Shown here: positions 10,094 to 18,117 of the stretch, in pieces
Numbering within the stretch: position 1 is the stretch's first letter
Layout of the letters: each line of letters begins with the position of its first letter
From: Luteimonas sp.
GTDB taxonomy: Bacteria; Pseudomonadota; Gammaproteobacteria; Xanthomonadales; Xanthomonadaceae
Direction: 5' to 3'
DNA: 64,000 nucleotides
Assembly (NCBI GenBank): GCA_041905645.1
Contig: JAYRKR010000001.1
Span: forward strand, 23,311-87,310
Made by a program: the position numbers and the translations under genes
The notes under the pieces: generated by a model
Database searches by the model: none
What the model was told of the DNA's origin: nothing
The model's input: the letters and a program-made list of their open reading frames with translations, nothing else

Positions 10094-11097
10094 GAGTGCT
10101 TTCCGCCCGCGATCATCGCCAACGCATGCGCCAGCACCGGCGCGAGGATGGCGAAGGCCTGCGCCGCGGCGCGCGGACTGCCCGGCAGCGCCACGATCAG
10201 GCAGTTTCCCAGCTGCACCGCACGCGCGCGACTGAGCCAGGCCAACGGGGTATGGAAACGGCTTTCGGCGCGGATCATTTCGGCCAGGCCCGGCACCTCG
10301 CGGCCGCCGAGCGCGGCCAGGGCCTCGGGCGCGTGGTCGCGCGGCCCCAGGCCGGTGCCGCCGGTGCACAGCACCAGGGCGACACCCTCGTCCGCCAGCG
10401 CCTGCAGGCGGGCGGTCAATGGCGCCGGATCGTCGGCCAGGAGTTCGGTCTCGCCGCTGCTCGCGCCCAAGTCGCGCAGGCCCTCGACCAGCACCGGCCC
10501 GGACTTGTCTTCATATGCGCCGCCGGCGGCACGATCGCTCAGCGTCAGCACCGCGGCGCGCACGCCGTCCAGCCGCGCATTGCCGCGCGGCCGGTAATGC
10601 GCGGTTTCCTCTTCGCTCATGCCGTCGGGATGCCGCCACAGGCCGCGCTTGCCGCCCTCCTTGAACAGCAGCCGCACCGCGCCGATCCCCAGCGCCGGTT
10701 CGACCGGCTTGCTCAGGTCGTACAGGGTCAGCAGCGCGGCATTGACGCCGGCCAGCGCCTCCATCTCCACGCCGGTGCGGGCTTCGGTCGCGACCTCGCA
10801 ATACACCCGGACCGCCTGCCGCTGCGCGACCGGCACGCAGCGCACGCGCACCAGCTCCAATGGCAACGGGTGGCACAGCGGCATCAGCATCGAGGCGGAC
10901 TTGGCGCCCTGCAGGCCGGCGACCTCGGCCATCGCCAGGGCATCACCCTTGGGCAGCCGGCGCTCGACGATCAGCGGGAATGCCGAAGCGGCAGCCAGTT
11001 CGCCCACGGCCACGGCGCGGCGGCGGGTCGGCCGCTTGTCGCGGATATCGGCCATGTGGAATGCGCCCGCTGCGGGCGTTGGGTTGTGCGCGTCCAC
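10090..11097 (-). CDS. moaC: Fused cyclic pyranopterin monophosphate synthase MoaC / MoaB(MogA)-like molybdopterin-binding domain
   Basis: The N-terminal half aligns to MoaC (AAGAFHMADIRDK..., LCHPLPL, TGVEMEAL). The C-terminal half is MoaB/MogA-like (LTLSDRAAGG..EDKSG, CTGGTGLGPRD, LPGSP). GTG start. Confidence 0.85.
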   Translation of the reverse strand: MDAHNPTPAAGAFHMADIRDKRPTRRRAVAVGELAAASAFPLIVERRLPKGDALAMAEVAGLQGAKSASMLMPLCHPLPLELVRVRCVPVAQRQAVRVYCEVATEARTGVEMEALAGVNAALLTLYDLSKPVEPALGIGAVRLLFKEGGKRGLWRHPDGMSEEETAHYRPRGNARLDGVRAAVLTLSDRAAGGAYEDKSGPVLVEGLRDLGASSGETELLADDPAPLTARLQALADEGVALVLCTGGTGLGPRDHAPEALAALGGREVPGLAEMIRAESRFHTPLAWLSRARAVQLGNCLIVALPGSPRAAAQAFAILAPVLAHALAMIAGGKHS

Positions 11098-12081
11098 TCA
11101 GCCTCCGATCGAAGCCAGGTGCTGGGTGATGCCGGTGTTGCCTTCGTGCAGCCCATGGCCGGCCTTCTTCAACCCCAGCTGCGCGTGCAGCGCGGCGGTG
11201 AGCTCGTCGATGCCCTCGTCGGACTGCAGCAGCGGCCGCAGCGGGATGCCGAAATCGCCGAACAGGCACAGCCGCAGGTCGCCGGTGGCGGTGACGCGCA
11301 GACGGTTGCAGCCGGCGCAGAAATCGCGCGAGTACGGCGCGATGATGCCGATCCGGCCGAGGAAGTCCGGATGCGCGTACTCGCGCGCCGGGCCGGCGTC
11401 GGCAGCGCGCGGCACCAGCGTCCAGCCTTCGTCCAGCAGCGACTGTTCCAGCGCGTCGGCGCGCCGGTGGTGGCGCTGGAAGTAGTCGCGGTTGTCGCCG
11501 GTCTGCATCAGCTCGATGAAGCGCAGGGTCAGGCGCCGGGTGCGCAGGTAGTCACGCCACGCCGGCAACTCATCGTCGTTGAGCCCGCGCAGCAGCACCG
11601 CGTTGAGCTTGACCGCGCGCAGGCCGCTGGCCAGGGCGAGCTCCACGCCTTCGAGGATATCAGCGGCACGATCGTGGCCGGTGATGGCGTGGAAGCGGCC
11701 CGGATCGAGGCTGTCGACGCTGACGTTGAGCGCGGTTAGCCCGGCCGCGCGCCACTGCGCGATCCGGCGCCGCAGCAGGATGCCGTTGGTGGTCATCGCG
11801 ACGGTTTCGATGCCCGGCGTGGCGGCGGCGTCGGCGATGATGTCGACAAGATCGGTGCGCAGGCTGGGCTCGCCGCCGGTGATGCGCAGCTTGCGCATCC
11901 CGACCGCGGCGAACCCGCGCAGCAGGCGCCCGATCTCCTCGCGGCTCAGCCAGCGCGATTTGCCGGGGCCGGCGCGATAGCCGTCGGGCAGGCAATAGCT
12001 GCAGCGGAAATTGCACGCCTCCAGCAGCGACAGGCGCAAATAGGGAAAACTCCGACCGTAGCGGTCGGCCAGCGCAGCCAT
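11098..12081 (-). CDS. moaA: GTP 3',8-cyclase MoaA (radical SAM)
   Basis: YLRLSLLEACNFRCSYCLP contains the radical-SAM CxxxCxxC motif. 327 aa. Confidence 0.95.
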   Translation of the reverse strand: MAALADRYGRSFPYLRLSLLEACNFRCSYCLPDGYRAGPGKSRWLSREEIGRLLRGFAAVGMRKLRITGGEPSLRTDLVDIIADAAATPGIETVAMTTNGILLRRRIAQWRAAGLTALNVSVDSLDPGRFHAITGHDRAADILEGVELALASGLRAVKLNAVLLRGLNDDELPAWRDYLRTRRLTLRFIELMQTGDNRDYFQRHHRRADALEQSLLDEGWTLVPRAADAGPAREYAHPDFLGRIGIIAPYSRDFCAGCNRLRVTATGDLRLCLFGDFGIPLRPLLQSDEGIDELTAALHAQLGLKKAGHGLHEGNTGITQHLASIGG

Positions 12082-12087
12082 GTTGTC

Positions 12088-12226
12088 ACTCCTTTCCAGA
12101 TGCGGGAGGCGGCCGCGTTTCCACGTCCGCCCTGCCGGCCACGTGCCCGGGGGCGGCGGCCGAGGTCGGCAGGCCGTATTCCTGCAGGAACCGCCGCAGG
12201 AACCGGAGGCCCGCCGACTCGGAGTT
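12088..12226 (-). promoter_or_regulatory. Candidate Moco (molybdenum cofactor) riboswitch in the moaA leader
   Basis: About 139-nt structured leader. ACUCC at the 5' end pairs with GGAGU of the SD (..UGGAAAGGAGUGACAACAUG). A long stem forms between CCGAGUCGGCGGGCC and GGCCUGCCGACCUCGG, with inner hairpins. The CCGAG/GCCUCC/CCUCCCGC/GGAAAGGAG elements match my recollection of the Moco motif. Confidence 0.5.
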
Positions 12227-12283
12227 GCGACGCGCGCAGTCGCGCGTCACCCCGCCATGGTAGCGACCGAGCGCGGCGATGCC

Positions 12284-12297
12284 TTGAGATGGATCAA
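12284..12297 (-). promoter_or_regulatory. FNR-type box TTGAGATGGATCAA upstream of the moaA leader
   Basis: One mismatch to TTGAT-N4-ATCAA. On the gene strand, TACCAT lies 21 nt downstream. The predicted TSS near 12250 falls just 5' of the riboswitch candidate. Confidence 0.5.
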
Positions 12298-12451
12298 GCT
12301 TCCTGCCTGCGGGCGTCGCGGTGTCCATCCAGTGGGCGATCGGAGCCGACGTCAAGCCCAGCCGGCGATCCTTGCCGGCGATCTTGACCAGACGCGCACC
12401 GGGCGTCCCCGGCCAGATCGCGAGGCCGGCCTGCCGGGAGCCGCCGGCGGC

Positions 12452-12862
12452 TCATGGCTCCGGCGTTCCGGTGTCCTCCACGCCCTGGTCGAGTTCGAGC
12501 CTGGCGGCACATGCCAAGGCCTGATAGCGCCGCCGGAATCCATTGAGCGTGTCTTCCTCGAGCTCTTCCAGATCCAGCAGGGCGTTGTGCGCGCCCTTGG
12601 TGGCGCGGATCAGCTCGTCCAGCTTGACCTGGATGGCTTCGGTATCGCGATTCTGGGTGTTCTGGATCAGGAACACCATCAGGAAGGTCACGATCGTGGT
12701 CCCGGTGTTGATGACCAGCTGCCATGTGTCGCTGAAGTGGAAGACGGGGCCGGTGACGATCCAGACGACAATGACCAGCACGGCGAGGACGAAGACTCTC
12801 GGCCGCCCGCAAAAGCGCGCGGCGGCTTTCGCGAAACGCGAGTACCAGATGGTGGACTGCAT
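12452..12862 (-). CDS. Low-affinity iron permease family membrane protein (Fet4-like small form)
   Basis: MQSTIWYSRFAKAAARFCG...FLIQNTQNRDTEAIQVKLDELI is the signature of this family. The ORF-track N-terminal extension was rejected. Confidence 0.75.
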   Translation of the reverse strand: MQSTIWYSRFAKAAARFCGRPRVFVLAVLVIVVWIVTGPVFHFSDTWQLVINTGTTIVTFLMVFLIQNTQNRDTEAIQVKLDELIRATKGAHNALLDLEELEEDTLNGFRRRYQALACAARLELDQGVEDTGTPEP

Positions 12863-13031
12863 GGCCGGGCTCCTGTCGTGGCAGGCGGCAGCATAGAACC
12901 GCCGATCCGGGCTTGTCGAAGGCGCCCTGCCCCACCGATCCGGGCAAATGGCGCCCGGATGCCGCGGAGCCTGCCCGGTCCATGGGCGCCGGTCGCCGGC
13001 TTGCAAGCGCGAACCAGGCGACGCGGATTGC

Positions 13032-13045
13032 TTGATCAGGATCAA
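13032..13045 (+). promoter_or_regulatory. Consensus FNR box TTGATCAGGATCAA
   Basis: Perfect TTGAT-N4-ATCAA. GATACT lies 22 nt downstream. The predicted TSS near 13080 sits upstream of the GNAT ATG at 13102. Confidence 0.65.
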
Positions 13046-13101
13046 TGCACGTGCGGGCGCCGCCGGGGATACTGTTCCCGATCCCCTTCCCGGAGCCCGT
13101 C

Positions 13102-13656
13102 ATGCCTTCGATCGAAGCGTTGCGACCCTGGCAAATGGGCGCCGAATACCCGCGCTGGGACGAGGTGTTGCGGGACGGTCGCCATGTCCTGATCCGTCCG
13201 GTGCGCAAGGAGGACGCGGCGGCCGAACGCGCGTTCATCGAAGCGCTGTCGCCGGAGGCCCGCCGCTACCGTTTTCTGGGTCAGGTCTCGCATCCCAGCG
13301 ACGAATTGATCGAACGGTTCACCGACATCGACTACGAACACGAAGTTGCGTTCGCGGCCGTGTTCCGCGACGGGGAACGCGAGCAGTTCGTCGGCCTCTG
13401 CCGCTACAGCACCAATGCCGAAGAAACCGACTGCGAGTGCGCCGTCACGGTGCTGGACGCGTGGCAGAACAAGGGGCTTGGTGCGCTGCTGCTGACGCGC
13501 CTGATCGAGGTGGCCAGAAGTCGAGACATCAAGTACATGTGGTCGATGGATTCCATCGACAATCTTGCGATGGCCGAGCTGGCGCAATACATGGGATTCC
13601 GGCACAAGCCCGATCCGGACGACTCCTCTCAGGTGATCTACAGCCTTTGGCTGTAG
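13102..13656 (+). CDS. Stand-alone Pat-type GNAT N-acetyltransferase (copy 1)
   Basis: LIRPVRKEDAAAERAFIEALSPEARRYRFLG...IDYEHEVAFAAV...WQNKGLGALLL matches the C-terminal GNAT domain of Pat-like protein acetyltransferases. GGAG lies 7 nt upstream of the ATG. The ORF-track start at 13045 lies inside the FNR box. Confidence 0.8.
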   Translation: MPSIEALRPWQMGAEYPRWDEVLRDGRHVLIRPVRKEDAAAERAFIEALSPEARRYRFLGQVSHPSDELIERFTDIDYEHEVAFAAVFRDGEREQFVGLCRYSTNAEETDCECAVTVLDAWQNKGLGALLLTRLIEVARSRDIKYMWSMDSIDNLAMAELAQYMGFRHKPDPDDSSQVIYSLWL

Positions 13657-13747
13657 CCGGGCGGCACGCTGCCGACCGGCTGCCGCAGAAACCGCCGGAG
13701 GCCTGCGGCCGACTCGCTTACCGATCCCCCCACAGACAGGTGCAGAC

Positions 13748-14170
13748 ATGAAAATCCTCGTTGCAGTCGACGGCAGCCCCATCAGCACGAAGGCGGTCAA
13801 GTTCGCGATCAAGCTCGGGGGCGAACTGGCCCAGCCGGCCGAGCTGACCCTGTTCCATGCGGATCCTCCGCTGCTGAATGCCGTCGCCGTCAAGCTGGGA
13901 CCCGCCGCCCTCAAGCGTTATCACGACGAGAACGGCAAGTTCGCCACCAAGCACGCTCGCGCCGCGCTCAACCGCGCGCAGATCGCATTCGAGGAAACGC
14001 TGGTGGTCGACGAGCCGGCCAGGGCGATCGTGAAGCACGCGGAGAAAGGCCGCTACGATCTGATCGTGATGGGTTCGCGCGGCCATGGCGCGCTGAGCAA
14101 CCTGTTGCTCGGTTCGGTGACCAGCAAGGTCATCGCGGGCTGCGCCATTCCGGTCACGGTCGCGCGCTGA
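13748..14170 (+). CDS. Universal stress protein (single USP domain)
   Basis: MKILVAVDGS...DLIVMGSRGHGALSNLLLGSVTSKV is the canonical UspA-family motif. 140 aa. Confidence 0.9.
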   Translation: MKILVAVDGSPISTKAVKFAIKLGGELAQPAELTLFHADPPLLNAVAVKLGPAALKRYHDENGKFATKHARAALNRAQIAFEETLVVDEPARAIVKHAEKGRYDLIVMGSRGHGALSNLLLGSVTSKVIAGCAIPVTVAR

Positions 14171-14175
14171 GAGCG

Positions 14176-15240
14176 GTGCGCAGGGCCGTCTCCTTCGCGC
14201 TGGTCTGCGGCCTGCTGCTGTCGTCGCCGCCGTCGACGGCCGGCAGGCCAGCAACCGGAGCCACCGAGGACCCGGTCCCTGTCGAGAAGCCCGCCGATCT
14301 GTCCTCGCAAGGCTACCGCTGGTTCCCGCAACTCTCGCCCCAGGGCCCGGTGCTCGTCGTCGTCAGCCTCCCCGAGCAGCGTGCCTACGTGTATCGCAAC
14401 GGCATCCGCATCGGCGAGTCGAAAGTGAGCACCGGCAAGCCGGGCTTCGAGACCCCGGCCGGCGTGTTCACCATTCTCGAAAAACGCCGCGAGCACTACT
14501 CGAACCTGTACGACAGTGCGCCGATGCCGTTCATGCAGCGGCTGACCTGGGACGGTGTCGCGCTGCATGCCGGGCGCATACCGGATCGACCCGCTTCGCA
14601 CGGCTGCATCCGCTTGCCCTACGCGTTCTCCGAAGCGCTGTTCGGGGTGACCGCGCGCGGCATGACCGTGATCGTGACGGATACGGCGATCAGGCCCTCT
14701 CCCGCGTCTCCAGGCCTGTTCGCCCCGGTCGCGGCTGCGCCGGCGGTCACGGCGGCCGATGGGCAGGCGGCGCCCGCCTCGCCCCCCTACCGGTGGCGGC
14801 CCGAGCGCGCGCAGGACGGGCCGATGGCGGTCCTGCTGAGCACGTCCGACAACGAGGTGCGGGTGCTGCGCAACGCGATCGAGATCGGGCGCGCGCCGGT
14901 GACGCTGGCCGCGGGCGCGGTGAGGGGCACCCGCATCTACGTGCTGCTCGACGGCGCCGCACAGGGCCGCAGCAGCATCGTCCCGGACCGGCCTCCGTTG
15001 CGCTGGCTGCAGGTGCCGTTGGTCGACGATCGCGGCGTCGCCCCGCTCGGCCTGCATGCGATCCTGGCGTCGGGACAGCCGGTGGTCGATCCGGAGTTCG
15101 CGCGCCGCGTCTACGACGCGCTCACGCCCGGCACCACGCTGGTGATTACCGACCAGCCGCTCCACCCGCTGGTCGCCGGGGATTTGCCGATCCTCAGCGC
15201 CGAGCAATCGCCGCCAGCGATAGTACCCGCCCCGCATTGA
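14176..15240 (+). CDS. L,D-transpeptidase (YkuD/ErfK family), secreted
   Basis: Signal-like N-terminus and a catalytic motif HAGRIPDRPASHGCIRL. GTG start 5 nt after the USP stop. Confidence 0.85.
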   Translation: MRRAVSFALVCGLLLSSPPSTAGRPATGATEDPVPVEKPADLSSQGYRWFPQLSPQGPVLVVVSLPEQRAYVYRNGIRIGESKVSTGKPGFETPAGVFTILEKRREHYSNLYDSAPMPFMQRLTWDGVALHAGRIPDRPASHGCIRLPYAFSEALFGVTARGMTVIVTDTAIRPSPASPGLFAPVAAAPAVTAADGQAAPASPPYRWRPERAQDGPMAVLLSTSDNEVRVLRNAIEIGRAPVTLAAGAVRGTRIYVLLDGAAQGRSSIVPDRPPLRWLQVPLVDDRGVAPLGLHAILASGQPVVDPEFARRVYDALTPGTTLVITDQPLHPLVAGDLPILSAEQSPPAIVPAPH

Positions 15241-15258
15241 GCCGGCTATACTCGCGGC

Positions 15259-15954
15259 ATGCGCCGCATTGCCGTCTCGTTGCTCGGGTTGCTGTTGCTG
15301 CCGATGGCGTCGGCCGATGCCGCGGACGTGCGCCCCGGGCCGGCAAGCTTGCTGGCACGGCTGCATCAGGCCGCGCCGGCGCTCGACTCGGCCGTCCTGT
15401 CACTGGCGCTCGAAGCGCGCGAGTGCGCGGTCCGCAGCGGAGCCGCGCCTGCCGCTGCGCGCCTGGCGGTGATCGATTACTCGCGCCCTTCCACCCAGCG
15501 ACGGCTGTGGGTCTTCGACCTGACGCAGGTGCGCCTGCTTTACAGCGAATACGTGGCGCACGGCCGCAACAGCGGCGAGAATTTCGCCACCGCGTTTTCC
15601 AATCGGGACGGGAGCCACCAGTCCAGCCTCGGCCTGTTCGAAACCAACGACACCTATATCGGCAGCAACGGCTACTCGCTGCGCATGGACGGCCTCGAAC
15701 CAGGCGTGAACGACAACGCCCGCGCCCGCGCCATCGTCATGCATGGTGCGCGCTACGTCGATCCCGTGCTCGGCGAGCGCCAAGGTCGGCTGGGGCGCAG
15801 TTTCGGTTGCCCTGCCCTGCGCCCGGCGGTCGCGCGCGAGATGATTGACACGCTCAAGGGCGGACAGCTCCTGTTCGCCTACTATCCCGACCACGACTGG
15901 CTGACGCGCTCGCGCTTTCTCGGCTGCAGCGGCGACCGGGTCGCCTCGCGCTGA
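15259..15954 (+). CDS. Murein L,D-transpeptidase catalytic-domain family protein (YkuD_2 type)
   Basis: Signal peptide. VAHGRNSGENFATAFSNRDGSHQSSLGLF...GRLGRSFGCPAL is typical of this family. Confidence 0.85.
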   Translation: MRRIAVSLLGLLLLPMASADAADVRPGPASLLARLHQAAPALDSAVLSLALEARECAVRSGAAPAAARLAVIDYSRPSTQRRLWVFDLTQVRLLYSEYVAHGRNSGENFATAFSNRDGSHQSSLGLFETNDTYIGSNGYSLRMDGLEPGVNDNARARAIVMHGARYVDPVLGERQGRLGRSFGCPALRPAVAREMIDTLKGGQLLFAYYPDHDWLTRSRFLGCSGDRVASR

Positions 15955-16641
15955 CCGCGCGGGTTTGCCGGCGGACAAGGTCCAGCGCGGCGAACTTCCC
16001 GGCCCGCCATCGACGGCCGTTCCCGTCCGCAACCGCCGCCACCCCGCCACCGCGATTGCCGCCCCCAGCGCCGCCATTGCGGAATCCTTTTGCGCATCCC
16101 ATACGTCGCCCTGGGTCCCGAGGTAGGCCTGGCCGAGATCGCCGCCGAAGGCGGTGGCCGCGCCCCATTCGATCATCTCGTAGACGGTGGAGTGCGCCAT
16201 CATGAACAGCAGCGGCACCAACCAGCGCCAGAGGCCGCGCTGCGGCGCGCGCGCGTCGAGCAACTCGATCGCGGCGGGCGTGACCAGCAGGCCGTAGGCG
16301 AAATGCACCAGCCGGTCGAACTGGTTGCGCTGCAGGCCGAAGGTCTCGCTGACGCCATGCCCGGTGAGGGCCCGTACCCAGTGGTCGTAGGGCACCTCGG
16401 CATAGGTGTAATGGGCGCCGACGGCGTGCAGCGCGAAGAACACCAACAGCAGCGTATAGGCCGTGTTCGACAGCCGCAGTCGCGGATACGCCCACACCAG
16501 CAGCGGCACCGCGAGAAAGACCAGCAGATTCTCCAGCAGCCAGTCCTGCCGGTACCACGGCGCGATGGCCAGTACGCCCCACCAGACGGCGAACACCGCA
16601 AGCAGTGTCAGCGGGTAACGGGAGGATGTTGCCGACGGCAT
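15400..16641 (-). CDS. DUF2238/YjdF-like inner-membrane protein; the ORF stays open about 200 codons past the conserved domain
   Basis: The first ~200 aa are polytopic and YjdF-like (PWYRQDWLLENLLVF...HFAYGLL...). There is no stop until 15400, so the tail runs antisense through 15400-15954. Confidence 0.6.
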   Translation of the reverse strand: MPSATSSRYPLTLLAVFAVWWGVLAIAPWYRQDWLLENLLVFLAVPLLVWAYPRLRLSNTAYTLLLVFFALHAVGAHYTYAEVPYDHWVRALTGHGVSETFGLQRNQFDRLVHFAYGLLVTPAAIELLDARAPQRGLWRWLVPLLFMMAHSTVYEMIEWGAATAFGGDLGQAYLGTQGDVWDAQKDSAMAALGAAIAVAGWRRLRTGTAVDGGPGSSPRWTLSAGKPARSARGDPVAAAAEKARARQPVVVGIVGEQELSALERVNHLARDRRAQGRATETAPQPTLALAEHGIDVARTMHDDGAGAGVVVHAWFEAVHAQRVAVAADIGVVGFEQAEAGLVAPVPIGKRGGEILAAVAAVRHVFAVKQAHLRQVEDPQPSLGGRARVIDHRQARSGRRGSAADRALARFERQ

Positions 16642-16650
16642 GGGTCGCTC

Positions 16651-17913
16651 TCAGATTGACAACATGGCGGCCGCGAACGCGAGCAGCATGGCCGCCGTGC
16701 CGGGGATCAGCCGCAGCGCGTAGGCCGCCCCGCCCTTGGCCCATGCCACGACGCACTTGAGCGTTGAGTTGGCGGCGAAGGCAGCGATCAGGCCGGGGAC
16801 GGCATGGGCCAGGTCGGTCTGGCTGGAGGCGACCAGCTGGGCGGCGGAAGCGGCGGCCGCGTGCACGTCGGCAAGTCCCGAAGCGGCCAGCACCCAGGGC
16901 AGGCTGGCATCGCCGAGCCGGTCGCGGACGATCGCCGCCAGCAGCATCACGCCCGCCAGTACGGCTACGAAGCGCAGCACCGACCAAGGGTCGAAGGGAT
17001 GCGTGCCGGCCATCTGCCGCGTATCCACCGGAGACGCCGCCGCGCGCCAGCTGGCCTGCAGCGCCGCCAGCACCGCGACCGCGCCGGCCACCACCAGCGC
17101 GGCGGCGGTGCGCTGCAGCAGCGGCGGCGACAGCGCACCGAGCACGATCGCCAGCTGGATGGCGGTGGCCACGTTCGACATCAGTCCGGCGCTGGCCGCG
17201 GCGGCGGCCAGGCCGGGCGACGCGCGGGCGCGCTCGCCCATCGCCGCGATGGTCGCGGTGCTGGACACGAAGCCGCCGGCGAGGCCGGCGACGGTCAGGC
17301 CCAGCCTGGAATCGAAAGCGCGCAGCGCCACGTAGCCGAGCGACGACACCGTCATCACCGCCACGACCAGCACCCACAGCCGGTAGGGATTGATCGCCTG
17401 CCATGGATCGACGGTGCGATCGGGCAGCAGCGGCAGGACGACGAACGCGGCGCCGGCCAGCAGCAGCAGATCGTGCAGCTCCTGCTCCGTGAGCACCTGC
17501 CGACTGAACCTGTGCAGGCGCGACTTGCTGGCGAGCACGATGGCGATCACCACGCCGAGGCCGCCGGCCAGCACCGGCATCCGCATCGCCAGGATCCCGG
17601 TCAGGAAGGTCGCCAGCATCGCGACCTCGGTCGTCAGGCCCGGATCGCGCGCCGCGGTGCGCCGATAGCTGGCGAGCATCGCGAACGTGACGAACAGGCC
17701 GGCAACGACCACCCCTGCCGTACCGATCAGGTCGGCGACTGCGCCGGCGAGCGCCAGCAGCGCGAAGGTACGCACGCCCGCAGCGGCACGCCGCGGCCCG
17801 TCGCCCTTGTCGCGCTCGCGCTCCAGCCCGATCAGCAGGCCGGCCCCCAGCGCCACGCCCAGGCCGGTCGCCGTCGCCGCGGCGATATCGTGCAATCCCG
17901 ATGCCTGCATCAT
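16651..17913 (-). CDS. MgtC/SapB-family membrane protein with DUF4010-like C-terminal domain
   Basis: 420-aa polytopic protein. The N-terminus GLGVALGAGLLIGLERE..AGVRTFALLAL is MgtC-like. Confidence 0.7.
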   Translation of the reverse strand: MMQASGLHDIAAATATGLGVALGAGLLIGLERERDKGDGPRRAAAGVRTFALLALAGAVADLIGTAGVVVAGLFVTFAMLASYRRTAARDPGLTTEVAMLATFLTGILAMRMPVLAGGLGVVIAIVLASKSRLHRFSRQVLTEQELHDLLLLAGAAFVVLPLLPDRTVDPWQAINPYRLWVLVVAVMTVSSLGYVALRAFDSRLGLTVAGLAGGFVSSTATIAAMGERARASPGLAAAAASAGLMSNVATAIQLAIVLGALSPPLLQRTAAALVVAGAVAVLAALQASWRAAASPVDTRQMAGTHPFDPWSVLRFVAVLAGVMLLAAIVRDRLGDASLPWVLAASGLADVHAAAASAAQLVASSQTDLAHAVPGLIAAFAANSTLKCVVAWAKGGAAYALRLIPGTAAMLLAFAAAMLSI

Positions 17914-17985
17914 GCGCCGCCCCTGCCCTGCGCCGCGCCGATCGGCGCGCGCCGGCCGCTGTCAAGGCCACGTCCATGCTGCTTG

Positions 17986-17999
17986 CTGATCCGGATCAA
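17986..17999 (+). promoter_or_regulatory. FNR-like box CTGATCCGGATCAA
   Basis: One mismatch to consensus. TTTAAT lies 22 nt downstream on the + strand, so it best fits a promoter for the SDR gene at 18118. Confidence 0.45.
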
Positions 18000-18117
18000 G
18001 GCAGGTTCGGCGCCGGAGGGCTTTAATGTGGAGGTCCGGTCCCCAGTATCGACCAGATTCGCGGCCTGCGTCGACCGTCGCAGGCCATGCGATCGCCTAC
18101 AGCCGGGAGACAGCGCC

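Noticed and set aside
12086-12355. 89-aa minus-strand ORF upstream of moaA
   Set aside because: It overlaps the structured moaA leader and the FNR-type promoter. The sequence has no recognisable family, so the region is better explained as regulatory RNA/DNA.
15854-17977. 707-aa minus-strand ORF overlapping the DUF2238 and MgtC-like genes in another frame
   Set aside because: It is Arg/Ala/Gly-rich nonsense. The two membrane proteins in the other frame have coherent TM patterns.
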